Source of the DNA: Phenylobacterium sp.
GTDB taxonomy: Bacteria > Pseudomonadota > Alphaproteobacteria > Caulobacterales > Caulobacteraceae
Assembly: GCF_034004485.1 (NCBI RefSeq)
Contig: NZ_JAVEWP010000001.1
Reading direction: 5' to 3' (one strand)
Length of the DNA stretch: 64,000 bases
Each line of letters starts with the position of its first letter. Position 1 is the first letter of the stretch. Positions 17,062-29,735 of this stretch are shown piece by piece. Made by a program: the position numbers and the translations under genes. Under the pieces are notes generated by a model. It did not search any database, was not told the DNA's origin, and was given only the letters and a program-made list of their open reading frames with translations.

Positions 17062-19845
17062 ATGGCGGGACCGGCGGACGTGGTCCGCCATCCTCGGTTG
17101 TGCGGGGGTCAATTGGCCAGCGAGTCGGCGCAGGGCGCGGGTCGGGCGCTTTGGGCGAGTACGGCGGCGTTCACCGTCTGCTTCGCCGTGTGGACGATCT
17201 TCTCGATCCTCGGACTCGGGCTGAAGGAAGAACTGGGCCTGTCGGAGACCCAGTACGGCCTCCTCGTCGGGACCCCCATCCTCACCGGCTCCCTGATTCG
17301 CATCGTGCTCGGCATCTGGGCCGACCAGTACGGCGGGCGCCGCGTGTTGTTCGTGGTGATGCTGCTGGGGGCGATCGCCACCTTCCTGCTCTCGCTGGCC
17401 GACACCTACCTGGAGATGCTGATCGCCGCGCTCGGCGTCGGCATCGCCGGCGGCTCCTTCGCGGTGGGGGTCGCCTACGTCTCCAAGTTCTACCCGCAGG
17501 AAAAGCAGGGGCAGGCCCTGGGGATCTTCGGCGCCGGCAACGTCGGCTCGGCGGTGACCAAGTTCCTGGCCCCGTTCGTCATGCTGGCGTTCGGCTGGGA
17601 GGCGGTGGCGCAGATCTGGGCCGCAGCCCTGGCGGTGACGGCGGTCGTCTTCCTGGTGCTCAGCCCGCCCGACCCGGACGTGGCCGCGCGGCGGGCCGAG
17701 GGCCGCAAGCCGGAACCGTTCCTGGCCCAGCTCGAGCCGCTGAAGAACCTGCAGGTCTGGCGCTTCAGCCTCTACTACTTCTTCGTGTTCGGGGCCTTCG
17801 TCGCCCTGGCGCTGTGGCTGCCGCGCTACCTGGTGGGCGTCTACGGCCTCGACGTGGCGGCGGCCGGGATGCTGGCGGCCTTCTACTCGGTGCCGGCGAG
17901 CCTGTTCCGCATCTACGGCGGCCGGTTGTCGGACAAGTACGGGGCGCGGGCGGTGCTCTACGTCACCTTCGGCGTCTGCGCCCTGTGCACCTTCATGTTG
18001 TCCTACCCGCCGACGGACTACGTGATCCACGGCATCGAGGGGCCGATCGCCTTCTCGACCTCGATGGGGCTGGTCCCGTTCGTGGTCACGGTGTTCGTGC
18101 TGGGATTCTTCATGAGCCTCGGCAAGGCGGCGGTGTTCCGCCACATCCCGGTCTACTACCCCGACCGGGTCGGCGCGGTCGGCGGCGTGGTGGGGATGGT
18201 CGGCGGGCTCGGCGGCTTCGTGCTGCCGATCGTGTTCGGCGCCCTGAACGACCTGACCGGCGTCTGGACAAGCTGCTTCTTCCTGCTGTTCCTGATCGCC
18301 ACGACGTCGCTCGTCTGGATGCACGCTGCCGTCCGGCGGATGGAGGCGGCAAGGCCCGACGTCGACCGCGAGGCGCTGCCCGAACTGCCGGAAATGCAGC
18401 CGCTGCACGACCCGGCCAAGGTCGCGCCGGGCCCTGTGGTGCGGCCGGCGGGCGGGGTTTCTCTGCGTCGTCCGGCGATCCAGGACTGGCGGCCCGAGGA
18501 CGAGGCGTTCTGGAAGACCACCGGGCGGCCGATCGCCCGCCGCAACCTGTGGATCTCGACCTACTGCCTGCTGCTGGCCTTCGCTGTGTGGATGGTCTGG
18601 AGCGTCGTGGTGGCGCGGCTGCCGGCCGTGGGCTTCGACTTTACGTCCGACCAGCTGTTCTGGCTGGCGGCGCTGCCGGGGCTCTCCGGCGCCACCCTGC
18701 GGATCTTCTACGCCTTCCTGGTGCCGATCTTCGGCGGGCGGCTGTGGACGGCGCTTTCCACCGCCTCGCTGCTGATCCCGGCCTTCGGCATCGGCTATGC
18801 GGTGCAGGACCCGGGCACGCCCTACCTGATCTTCGTGGTGCTGGCCCTGCTATGCGGCTTCGGCGGCGGCAACTTCGCCTCCTCGATGGCCAACATCAGC
18901 TTCTTCTTCCCGAAGGCCGAGAAGGGTTCGGCCCTAGCGCTCAACGCCGGGCTCGGCAACCTCGGGGTCAGCGTCATGCAGTTCGCGGTGCCGATCGCCG
19001 TGACCATGAGCCTGTACGGCGCGCTCGGCGGCCCCGCCCAGACGACCGTCGAGGGCGGCCAGGTGTGGATGCAGAACGCCGGCTTCATCTGGGCGCCGTT
19101 CGTGATCGTGGGGACCGTCCTGGCCTGGTTCGGCATGGACGACCTGGCCAGCGCGCGCGCCTCGTTCGCCGAGCAGGCGGCGATCTTCCAGCGGCCGCAC
19201 AACTGGCTGATGTGCTGGCTCTACACCGGCACCTTCGGCTCGTTCATCGGCTTCTCGGCCGGCTTCCCGCTGCTGGCCAGGATCGCCTTTCCGGACGTGG
19301 ACTCCCTCCGCTACGTCTTCCTCGGGCCGCTGGTGGGAGCCGCCTCGCGCGCTGCGACCGGCTGGGTGGCCGACCGCTGGGGCGGGGCCCGCGTCACCGT
19401 CCTGGTGTTCCTCGGCATGATCGGCGCCGTCGCCGGCATGCTCTGGTACCTGAACAGCGGCAGCTTCTGGGGCTTCTTCGCCATGGTCATGCTGCTGTTC
19501 TTCTTCAGCGGCGTGGGCAACGCCTCCACTTTCCAGATGATCCCGGCGATCTGGCGCGAGACGGTGGCGGCGAAGACCGGGGACCAGGCGCAGGCCGACC
19601 GCGAGGCGGCCGCCGTGATCGGCTTCACCTCGGCGATCGCCGCTTTCGGGGCCTTCTTCATCCCGAAGGCCTACGGCGCCTCGATCGACGCGACCGGGAC
19701 CGCCGACGCCGCCCTGTGGGGCTTCCTGATCTTCTACGTCAGCTGCGCGCTGCTGACGGTCCTCGTCTACGCCCGGCCAGGCGGCGTGCTGTTCGAAGCC
19801 GAGCGCCGCCGTCCGGGCAAGCCAGCCATGGAAGGAAGCCGATGA
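17062..19845 (+). CDS. narK: fused two-domain nitrate/nitrite transporter (NarK1-NarK2 type MFS)
   Basis: 927 aa with two tandem MFS halves. Stop overlaps the narG ATG (ATGA). Confidence 0.9.
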   Translation: MAGPADVVRHPRLCGGQLASESAQGAGRALWASTAAFTVCFAVWTIFSILGLGLKEELGLSETQYGLLVGTPILTGSLIRIVLGIWADQYGGRRVLFVVMLLGAIATFLLSLADTYLEMLIAALGVGIAGGSFAVGVAYVSKFYPQEKQGQALGIFGAGNVGSAVTKFLAPFVMLAFGWEAVAQIWAAALAVTAVVFLVLSPPDPDVAARRAEGRKPEPFLAQLEPLKNLQVWRFSLYYFFVFGAFVALALWLPRYLVGVYGLDVAAAGMLAAFYSVPASLFRIYGGRLSDKYGARAVLYVTFGVCALCTFMLSYPPTDYVIHGIEGPIAFSTSMGLVPFVVTVFVLGFFMSLGKAAVFRHIPVYYPDRVGAVGGVVGMVGGLGGFVLPIVFGALNDLTGVWTSCFFLLFLIATTSLVWMHAAVRRMEAARPDVDREALPELPEMQPLHDPAKVAPGPVVRPAGGVSLRRPAIQDWRPEDEAFWKTTGRPIARRNLWISTYCLLLAFAVWMVWSVVVARLPAVGFDFTSDQLFWLAALPGLSGATLRIFYAFLVPIFGGRLWTALSTASLLIPAFGIGYAVQDPGTPYLIFVVLALLCGFGGGNFASSMANISFFFPKAEKGSALALNAGLGNLGVSVMQFAVPIAVTMSLYGALGGPAQTTVEGGQVWMQNAGFIWAPFVIVGTVLAWFGMDDLASARASFAEQAAIFQRPHNWLMCWLYTGTFGSFIGFSAGFPLLARIAFPDVDSLRYVFLGPLVGAASRAATGWVADRWGGARVTVLVFLGMIGAVAGMLWYLNSGSFWGFFAMVMLLFFFSGVGNASTFQMIPAIWRETVAAKTGDQAQADREAAAVIGFTSAIAAFGAFFIPKAYGASIDATGTADAALWGFLIFYVSCALLTVLVYARPGGVLFEAERRRPGKPAMEGSR

Positions 19846-22800
19846 GCCACCTGCTCGACCGCCTGACCTACTTCCGCCGCGAGAAGGAGACCTTCGCCAA
19901 CGGCCATGGCCTGACCACGGTCGAGGACCGCACCTGGGAGGACGCCTATCGGAAGCGCTGGGCGGCGGACAAGATCGTGCGCTCCACCCACGGGGTGAAC
20001 TGCACCGGCTCGTGCTCGTGGAAGATCTACGTCAAGGGCGGCATCGTCGCCTGGGAAACCCAGCAGACCGACTATCCGCGCACCCGGCCCGACCTGCCCA
20101 ACCACGAGCCCCGCGGCTGTCCGCGCGGGGCGAGCTACAGCTGGTATCTCTATTCCGGCGCGCGGCTGAAGTATCCGCTGGTGCGCGGCCGGCTGCTGCG
20201 CCACTGGCGCGAGGCGCGCAAGTCGCTCTCGCCGGTGGCCGCCTGGAAGTCGATCGTCGAGGCCCCGGACAAGCGCCACGACTGGGTCAGTCGCCGGGGG
20301 CGGGGCGGCTTCGTGCGGGTCGGCTGGGACGAGGCCAGCGAGATCATCGCCGCGGCCAACGCCTACACCATCAAGACCTACGGGCCCGACCGGGTGGCCG
20401 GCTTCTCGCCGATCCCGGCCATGTCGATGATCTCCTACGCGGCCGGCAGCCGGTACCTGTCGCTGATCGGCGGCGTGCCGCTGTCCTTCTACGACTGGTA
20501 CTGCGACCTGCCGCCGTCCTCGCCGCAGACCTGGGGCGAGCAGACCGACGTGCCCGAGAGCGCTGACTGGTACAACGCCGGCTTCCTGATGGTCTGGGGC
20601 TCGAACATCCCCATGACCCGCTCGCCCGACGCCCACTTCTACACCGAGGTGCGCTACCGCGGGGCGCGCAGCGTGGTGGTCGCGCCCGACTTCAACGAGG
20701 CGGCCAAGTTCGCCGACCTGTGGCTGCACCCCAAGCAGGGGACCGACGCGGCGCTAGCGCTGGCGCTGGGTCACGTGATCCTGCGCGAGTTCCACCTCGA
20801 CCGGTCCGTGCCCTACTTCCAGGACTACGTCCGCCGCTACTCGGACTTCCCGATGCTGGTGCGGCTGGTGGAGCGCGACGGGCGCTGGGTCCCCGACCGC
20901 ATGGTGCGTGCCGCCGACTTCGAGGGCGGCCTGGGCGAAACGGACAAGGCCGACTGGAAGACGGTCGCGCTGGACGAACTCTCCGGCGAGCCGGTCTGCC
21001 CGCTGGGTTCGGCCGGCTTCCGCTGGGGCGACAAGGGCAAGTGGAACCTCGAGGAGAAGGACGGGCAGGGGCGTGACGTCCGTCTGAGGCTGAGCCTGGC
21101 CGACGCCGGGCATGAGATCGCGCCGGTGGATTTTCCCTACTTCGGCGGCGCGGCGCCCGATGCTTTCGTCTCCACCGACCACGCGCAGGTGCTGACCCGC
21201 AACGTGCCGGTGAGGCGGTTGAGCCTGGCGGGCGGCGAGGCGATGGTCGCCACGGTGTTCGACCTGTTCTGCGCCAACTACGGCCTCGACCGTGGCTTCG
21301 GCGGCGAGAACGTCGCCAGCTCCTATGACGAGGACGTGCCCTTCACGCCGGCCTGGGCCGAGCGGGTCACCGGCGTGCCGCGCGAGGCCATCGTCTCGGT
21401 CGCCCGCCAGTTCGCCGAGAACGCCGAGAAGACCAAGGGCCGCTCGATGGTCATCGTCGGGGCCGGGCTCAACCACTGGTACCACATGGACATGAGCTAC
21501 CGCGGCATCATCAACATGCTGGTGATGTGCGGCTGCGTGGGTCAGTCCGGCGGCGGCTGGGCCCACTACGTCGGCCAGGAGAAGCTGCGTCCGGCGACCG
21601 GCTGGCTGCCGCTGGCCTTCGCGCTCGACTGGATCCGGCCGGTCCGCCAGCAGAACGCGACCTCGTTCTGGTACGCCCACACCGACCAGTGGCGCTACGA
21701 CAGCCTGAAGATGACCGACATGCTCTCGCCCACGGCGCCGACGGGCGAGTGGCCGGTCAGCACCATCGACTACAACGTCAAGGCCGAGCGGATGGGCTGG
21801 CTGCCCTCGACGCCCGCGCTGGAGACCAACTCGCTCGAGCTCGGCCGGCGGCTGAAGGAGAGCGGCGAGAACCCCGGCGCCTTCACGGCCGCGGCGCTGA
21901 AGGCCGGCGAGCTGAAGATGAGCTGCCACGACCCGGACAATCCGGTGAACTGGCCGCGCAACATCTTCTTCTGGCGTTCAAATGTGCTGGGGGCCAGCGG
22001 CAAGGGCCACGAATACTTCCTCAAGCACCTGGTCGGCTCGCTGCACGGGGTGATCGGCGAGGACCTGGCCGAGACCGGCGGCGAGAAGCCTGCCGAGGTC
22101 GTCTGGCATGACGAGGCGCCGACCGGGAAGCTGGACCTGATGGTGAGCATCGACTTCCGGCTCTCCACCACGGCCCTCTACGCCGACATCGTGCTGGCTT
22201 CGGCCACCTGGTACGAGAAGCACGACCTCAACACGACCGACATGCACCCCTTCATCCACCCGCTGACGGCGGCGGTGGACCCGTTGTGGGACTCCAAGAC
22301 CGACTGGGAGATCTTCCGCGGCATCGCCAGGAAGTTCTCGGAAGTCTGCCCCGAGGTGCTGGGCGTCGAGCACGACCTGATGCTCACGCCGATCATGCAC
22401 GACGCGGCCGAAGAGTGCGCCCAGCCCTACGAGGTCAAGGACTGGGGCAAGGGCGAGTGCGAGCCGGTCCCGGGCGTGACCATGCCGAAGGTCAGTCTGG
22501 TGGAGCGCGACTATCCGGCCACCTACGCCCGTTTCACGTCGCTGGGGCCGCTGCTGGAGACCCTCGGCAACGGCTCGAAGGGGCTGAACTGGAAGACCGC
22601 CGAGGACGTCGAGGACCTCGCCCATCTCAACGGCCGCGTCGCCGACGGGCCGACGGCCGGGCGGCCCAGGGTGCTCAGCGACATCGACGCCTGCGAGACC
22701 ATCCTGATGCTGGCGCCGGAGACCAACGGCCAGGTCGCCCTGCGCGCCTGGGCCGCGCTCTCCGAGTTCACCGGCCGCGAGCACGCCCACCTCGCCGAGG

Positions 22801-23575
22801 GCAAGGAGGACGAGAAGATCCGCTTCCGCGACGTGGCCGCCCAGCCGCGCAAGATCATCTCCTCGCCGACCTGGTCGGGCATCGAGTCCGAGGAGGTCTG
22901 CTACAATGCCGGGTGGACCAACGTGCACGAGCTGATCCCCTGGCGCACGCTGTCGGGGCGCCAGGAGCTCTACCAGGACCACCCCTGGATGCTCGCCTTC
23001 GGGGAGGGCTTCGTCACCTGGCGGCCGCCCATCGACACCCGCTCGGTCGGGGCGGTGGCCGGCAAGCTGCCCAACGGCAACGCCGAGATCGTGCTGAACC
23101 TGGTCACCCCGCACCAGAAGTGGGGCATCCACTCCACCTACTGCGAGAACCTGATCATGCTCTCGCTCAGCCGCGGCGGGCCGACGGTGTGGATCAGCGA
23201 GGCGGACGCGGCCAAGGCCGGCATCGCCGACAACGACTGGATCGAGGCCTTCAACGTCAACGGCGCGCTGGTCGCCCGGGCCATCGTCTCCCAGCGCGTG
23301 CCCGACGGCCTGGCGATCATGTACCACGCCCAGGAAAAGCTGGTGAACACGCTGGGCTCCGAGATCACCGGCCAGCGCGGCGGCATCCACAACTCGGTGA
23401 CCCGCATCAACATGAAGCCGACGCACATGATCGGCGGCTACGTCCAGCTGGCCTACGGCTTCAACTACTACGGCACGGTGGGGGCCAACCGGGACGAGTT
23501 CATCGTCGTCAGAAAGATGAGCCGGCTCAACTGGTTCGACAAGGCGGCCGAGGGCGCCGGGGAGGCGAGGATCTG

Positions 23576-23576
<1 letters not shown>
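19842..23576 (+). CDS. narG: respiratory nitrate reductase alpha subunit
   Basis: MSHLLDRLTYFRREKETFANGHG...HGVNCTGSCSWKIYVKGGIVAWETQQTDYPRTRPDLPNHEPRGCPRGAS. 1244 aa. Confidence 0.97.
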
Positions 23577-25098
<1,522 letters not shown>

Positions 25099-25102
<4 letters not shown>

Positions 25103-25800
25103 TTGCGACGCTCAAGGTGCTGTCCCTGCTCCTGAGCTATCCGAGCCAGGAGCTGAAGGACGAGGCGGGCGCGCTGCGGGCCGCCCTCGAAGGCGAGCGG
25201 CTGCTGAAGCCGCAGACCCTGCGGGCGCTTGAGCCGCTGTTCGACGAGCTGGCGCGGAACGACCTTCTGGAGCTGCAGGGCCGCTACGTCGACCTTTTCG
25301 ATCGCACCCGCTCGCTGTCGCTGCACCTATTCGAGCACGTCCACGGCGAGAGCCGCGAGCGCGGCCAGGCGATGATCGATTTGCGGGCGGCGTACGGCGA
25401 GCAGGGGCTGCTGATGGTCTCGGACGAGCTGCCGGACTTTCTGCCTGCCTTCCTGGAGTTCGCCGCGGTGCTGCCGCTCAAGGAGGCCCGCCGCACGCTC
25501 GCCGAGCCGGTGCACGTGCTGCAGGCGCTGCACGAGCGGCTGCAGGCGAGGGGCACGCCCTATGCGGCGGTGCTCGCCGCCTTGGTCGAGCTGTCGGGCG
25601 CCAGGCCGCATCCGGACGCGCTGCAGGAGCTTCGAGCCAAGCCCGACCCCGCCGCCGACGACTTCGAGGCCGTCGACAAGGCCTGGGAGGAAGAGGCCGT
25701 CCGCTTCGGTCCCGAAACTGCGGAGCCGACGGGACTGATGGCCAAGCTGCGCGCCTGGCGCCGTCCGGCCGACGGCGTGCGGACCGGCCCGAACCGCTAG
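25099..25800 (+). CDS. narJ: nitrate reductase molybdenum cofactor assembly chaperone
   Basis: Position between narH and narI, ATGA coupling, size 233 aa, and NarJ-like LLSYPSQEL...RYVDLFD. Confidence 0.9.
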
Positions 25801-25812
25801 GAGGGTGAGGCC

Positions 25813-26604
25813 ATGGAAGCGTTCATCAATCAGCTCGCCTTCGGGTGGTTCCCCTACCTGGCGGTGACGGTGCTGATCGTCGGCTCGATCTTCCGCTTCG
25901 ACAAGGCGCAGTACACTTGGCGCTCGCAGTCCAGCCAGTTCCTGCGCCGCCGGCAGATGCTGATCGGCTCCAACCTCTTCCACATGGGCGTGCTGGTGCT
26001 GCTCGGGGGTCACTTCGTTGGCCTGCTCACCCCGATCAACGTGTTCGACGCGGTCGGCATCGCCCACGAGTTCAAGCAGAAGGCGGCGCTGATCGTCGGC
26101 GGGATCGCCGGGATCATGGCCTGGGTCGGCGCGACCCTGCTGCTGCACCGGCGCCTGTTCGACGCCCGCATCCGGCGCAGCTCGCACTGGACGGACATCG
26201 CCGTGCTGGTGATGCTCTGGCTGCAGCTCACCCTCGGCATCGCCACCACCTATTGGACGATCCAGCACCTCGACGGTCGCGAGATGCTTCTATTCATGGG
26301 CTGGGCCAACGGGTTGCTGACCTTCAACCCGGACGCCGCCGACCTGATCGTGGACGCGGCCCTGGTCTACAAGCTGCACATCATCCTGGGGCTGATGCTG
26401 TTCCTGGTCACCCCGTTCAGCCGGCTGGTGCACATCTGGAGCATCCCGCTCTTCTACCTGGTGCGGCCCGGCTACCAGCTCGTCCGCTCGCGCGGGAAGC
26501 TGCGCCAGCCCCAGCCGGCCTCGCTGAGCCACGGCCCGGCGGGCGGCGCGCCGAGCTACGGCGGCCCGGTGGTGCAGCGGTCGCAGGCGGAGAGCGGCCA
26601 ATGA
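25813..26604 (+). CDS. narI: respiratory nitrate reductase gamma subunit (cytochrome b)
   Basis: MEAFINQLAFGWFPYLAV..., five hydrophobic helices with conserved His. Confidence 0.92.
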   Translation: MEAFINQLAFGWFPYLAVTVLIVGSIFRFDKAQYTWRSQSSQFLRRRQMLIGSNLFHMGVLVLLGGHFVGLLTPINVFDAVGIAHEFKQKAALIVGGIAGIMAWVGATLLLHRRLFDARIRRSSHWTDIAVLVMLWLQLTLGIATTYWTIQHLDGREMLLFMGWANGLLTFNPDAADLIVDAALVYKLHIILGLMLFLVTPFSRLVHIWSIPLFYLVRPGYQLVRSRGKLRQPQPASLSHGPAGGAPSYGGPVVQRSQAESGQ

Positions 26605-27545
26605 CCGCCGCGCGCTTCGTCGTCACCCGCTCGCGCGGGGGGACGGCCCCGCCGCCGGTTCCGGTCGAGACCCTGCCACGGCGTCCTGCCGCTTCCGCCT
26701 GTGGCGGGGGAGGGGCGTCGCCGGCTTTCGAGGAGCGCCCGGTGCGGGTGGACGGGGTGGAGATCGCGCCCGAGGCGATCGCCCGAGAGATGCAGAACCA
26801 CCCGCACGAGGATCCGGCCGCGAGCTGGCGCGAAGCCGCCCGGGCCCTGGTGGTGCGCGAGCTGCTGCTGGCCGAGGCCCGCCGACGGGGCCTCGCGCCC
26901 GAGCCGGAGCCGCTGGGCGACGGGCGGATGGAGACCGAGGAGGAGAGCCTGATCCGGGCCCTGCTCGACGAGGCCGTCGAGCCGGCGAGCCCGTCCGAGG
27001 CCGAGCGCCGCCGCGTCTACGAGGGCATGCGCTCGAAATTCGTGACCCCGACCCTCTTCGAGGCGGCGCACATCCTGATCGAGCCCGCGGGCGATGGCGA
27101 GGCGGCCTGGGGCGAGGCGCGCGCCCACGCCCAGGCGATCATCGAGCTGGTCGGTGACGATCCGCGCGCTTTCGCCGAGGCGGCGGCGCAGTCGGCCTGC
27201 CCGACCGGCGTGCAGGGCGGATCGCTCGGCCAGATCCGCCGCGGCGAACTGGTGGGCCCGGTGCAGGCGGCGCTGGAGGTCCTGCCGGAGGGGACTACGG
27301 CGCGCGAGCCGGTGCGCTCGCGCTTCGGCTGGCACGTGGTGCGCCTGGAGCGCCGGATCGTCGGGCGCGACCTGCCCTTCGAGGCCGTCGATGCGCGCAT
27401 CTGCGACATGCTCGAGGCGAGGGCCTGGTCGCTCGCCGCCGCCCAGTTCGTCGCGGAGCTCGCGGCGGGGGGCCGCATCGAGGGCGTCGAGCTGGCCCCG
27501 CCGGACGCCGGCTTTTCCGCCTGCGAGGAGGGCAGGGGATGCTGA
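26601..27545 (+). CDS. PpiC/parvulin-type peptidyl-prolyl isomerase (nar-associated)
   Basis: ATGA overlap with narI. Rotamase signature GGSLGQIRRGELVGPVQAAL...FGWHVVRLERR. Confidence 0.75.
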   Translation: MTAARFVVTRSRGGTAPPPVPVETLPRRPAASACGGGGASPAFEERPVRVDGVEIAPEAIAREMQNHPHEDPAASWREAARALVVRELLLAEARRRGLAPEPEPLGDGRMETEEESLIRALLDEAVEPASPSEAERRRVYEGMRSKFVTPTLFEAAHILIEPAGDGEAAWGEARAHAQAIIELVGDDPRAFAEAAAQSACPTGVQGGSLGQIRRGELVGPVQAALEVLPEGTTAREPVRSRFGWHVVRLERRIVGRDLPFEAVDARICDMLEARAWSLAAAQFVAELAAGGRIEGVELAPPDAGFSACEEGRGC

Positions 27546-27838
27546 CCCTCGGCGAGGTGCTGGCCCTGTCCCGGCGGTCGGCCGCCGCGTTCGAAGCCGT
27601 AGGGTTGCCGCCGCAGCTGCGGGCCGGCCTGGAGGCCGCCGCCGCGGCGGAGGGGATCGAGCCCCGCGCCTGGCTGCGCATCGCCGTCGCCGAGTTCGCC
27701 GAGGGCGCCGAGCCGGTCGAGTGGACCCGGCTGATGTCGAAGCTGCGTGACAGCGCCGACCCCGGGGGCGACTGTCTCGCGTTGATGATCGAGCGCCGGC
27801 TCGCGGCGTCGCGGCGGCGACAGCTCGCGGAGGACTGA
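27539..27838 (+). CDS. hypothetical 99-aa protein, translationally coupled to ppiC
   Basis: 7-nt overlap with the ppiC stop. No family recognised. Confidence 0.45.
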   Translation: MLTLGEVLALSRRSAAAFEAVGLPPQLRAGLEAAAAAEGIEPRAWLRIAVAEFAEGAEPVEWTRLMSKLRDSADPGGDCLALMIERRLAASRRRQLAED

Positions 27839-27841
27839 CGG

Positions 27842-28054
27842 ATGGCCAACCAACCCGAAGGGACGCCGCCCCAGAGCGGCCTCAACCCTCGCCTCCAACA
27901 GGGCGTGGACTCCGAATACAGCGACGAGGTGCACGGCAGCACTCCGATGGACACCGTTTCGGTGAAGAACTCGGGGCCGGCCGTCTGGCCGGTGATCTGG
28001 GCCGTCGTCACCATCGGCCTCGTCCTCCTGACGCTCTGGCTGATCTTCGGCTGA
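27842..28054 (+). CDS. small C-terminally membrane-anchored protein (70 aa)
   Basis: GGAGGA lies about 10 nt upstream. C-terminal TM segment AVWPVIWAVVTIGLVLLTLWLIFG. Confidence 0.45.
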   Translation: MANQPEGTPPQSGLNPRLQQGVDSEYSDEVHGSTPMDTVSVKNSGPAVWPVIWAVVTIGLVLLTLWLIFG

Positions 28055-28109
28055 CCCGCGATACGCGGCCTTGCGCGGCCGGCCGAAGCGTGGAGAATGA
28101 TGGGACAGC

Positions 28110-28126
28110 GTTCCATTATTTAGAAC
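28110..28126. promoter_or_regulatory. AT-rich inverted repeat GTTCCATTATTTAGAAC just upstream of the exported-hydrolase operon
   Basis: GTTC-N9-GAAC with an AT-rich core, ending 11 nt before the ATG at 28137. Candidate IclR operator and/or -10 region. Confidence 0.3.
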
Positions 28127-28136
28127 TCGGCGGCGC

Positions 28137-29723
28137 ATGCAGCGAAGGACCTTCCTGATGAGCGTGATGACGGGCGCGGCCGGACCGGCCGTGGGTGCGG
28201 CGGCGGGCGCCGAGCCGGTGGTCGAGACCACCGAGGGCCGCTACCGCGGCCGCACGGCGGGCGGGGTGCATGTCTTCAAGGGGATGCGCTACGGCGCGCC
28301 GACCGGGGGGGTGAATCGCTTCCTGCCGCCGAAGCCGCCGGAGAGATTCGCCGGCGTGCGGGACGCCCTGGAGTACGGCGACCAGAGCCCGCAGATGCGC
28401 GGGCCCCTCGCGGACAGGGGGCCGATGAGCGAGGACTGCCTGCGGATCAACGTCTGGACGCCGGCGCTGGGCGAGGGGAAGCGCCCGGTCCTGCTGTGGT
28501 TCCACGGCGGCGGCTTCGAGGCGGGCAGCGGCTCCATCCCGCTCTACGACGGTTCCAACATGGTCCGCCGCGGCGACGTGGTGGTCTGCACGGTCAACCA
28601 CCGCCTCAACGTCTACGGCTTCTGCGACCTATCCGAACTGCTCGGCGAGGAGTTCGCCCAGTCCGGCAACGTGGGGTGGCTGGATCTCGTGGCCGCCATG
28701 CGCTGGGTGCGCGAGAACATCGCCGCCTTCGGGGGCGACCCGGGCAACGTGATGATCTACGGCCAGTCGGGCGGCGGGCGGAAGGTCAGCCTCAGCTTCG
28801 CCGGCCAGGCGGCCGCAGGCCTGTTCCACAAGGGCGTGGTGCAGTCCGGCTCGCACCTGCTGGTGCAGACCAAGGAACAGTCGCAGGCGCTGGTCCAGGA
28901 CCTGCTGAAGCGGCTTGAGATCGACCCGCGCAACGCCCGTGACCTGCAGAAGGTCCCGCAGGACGAGCTGACCCGCGTCCAGCTCCAGACGATGACCGCC
29001 GCCCGCTACCGCTTCGAGCCGGTGCTGGACGGCGTCACCTTCGCCGCCCACCCGTGGATCCCGAACGCCCCGGCCCACACGGCCAAGGTCCCACTGATGG
29101 TCGGCGCCACCCAGACCGAGCTCTCCAACCAGCTCGGCCGGGACGAGCGCGTCTACCAGATGGACGAGGCGGCCCTGCGCCAGCGCCTGGCCCGCTACCT
29201 GCCGGCCGAGGACATCGACGAGGCGCTGACGGTGTTCAAGGCCACCACGCCGGGCGGGTCGACGGCCGAGATCTTCTTCAAGATCACCTCCTGGCGCGCC
29301 TACATCCGCAACGCGACCATCATGGCCGAGCAGCGGGCGGCGCAGAACGGGGCGGACAACCCGACCTGGATGTACCAGCTCACCTGGCGCTCGCCCGCCG
29401 AGGACGGCCGGCGGTACTCGCAGCACACGCTCGACCTGCCGTTCATGTTCGACAACGTGGACAAGGCCCTGCACCTGACCGGGCCGGAGAGCGCCGAGAC
29501 CAAGCTGATGGCCGAGACCATGGCCGAGGCATGGCTCGCCTTCGCCCGCAACGGCGACCCCAACCATTCCGGCATCCCGACATGGCCGACCTACGACGTC
29601 GAGCGGCGGCCGGTGATGCTGTTCGACGCCCCGCCGAAGCTGGCTCTCGACCCGTTCCGCGAGGAACGCGAGTTCATGGCCCGCTACCACCCGGTGCGCG
29701 TCACCGCCCGCGACGCGACCTAG
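28137..29723 (+). CDS. type-B carboxylesterase, Tat-exported
   Basis: Twin-arginine motif MQRRTFLM. EDCLRINVWTP, LWFHGGGF, and nucleophile elbow GQSGGG. Confidence 0.85.
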   Translation: MQRRTFLMSVMTGAAGPAVGAAAGAEPVVETTEGRYRGRTAGGVHVFKGMRYGAPTGGVNRFLPPKPPERFAGVRDALEYGDQSPQMRGPLADRGPMSEDCLRINVWTPALGEGKRPVLLWFHGGGFEAGSGSIPLYDGSNMVRRGDVVVCTVNHRLNVYGFCDLSELLGEEFAQSGNVGWLDLVAAMRWVRENIAAFGGDPGNVMIYGQSGGGRKVSLSFAGQAAAGLFHKGVVQSGSHLLVQTKEQSQALVQDLLKRLEIDPRNARDLQKVPQDELTRVQLQTMTAARYRFEPVLDGVTFAAHPWIPNAPAHTAKVPLMVGATQTELSNQLGRDERVYQMDEAALRQRLARYLPAEDIDEALTVFKATTPGGSTAEIFFKITSWRAYIRNATIMAEQRAAQNGADNPTWMYQLTWRSPAEDGRRYSQHTLDLPFMFDNVDKALHLTGPESAETKLMAETMAEAWLAFARNGDPNHSGIPTWPTYDVERRPVMLFDAPPKLALDPFREEREFMARYHPVRVTARDAT

Positions 29724-29735
29724 GACGCTTCAACC

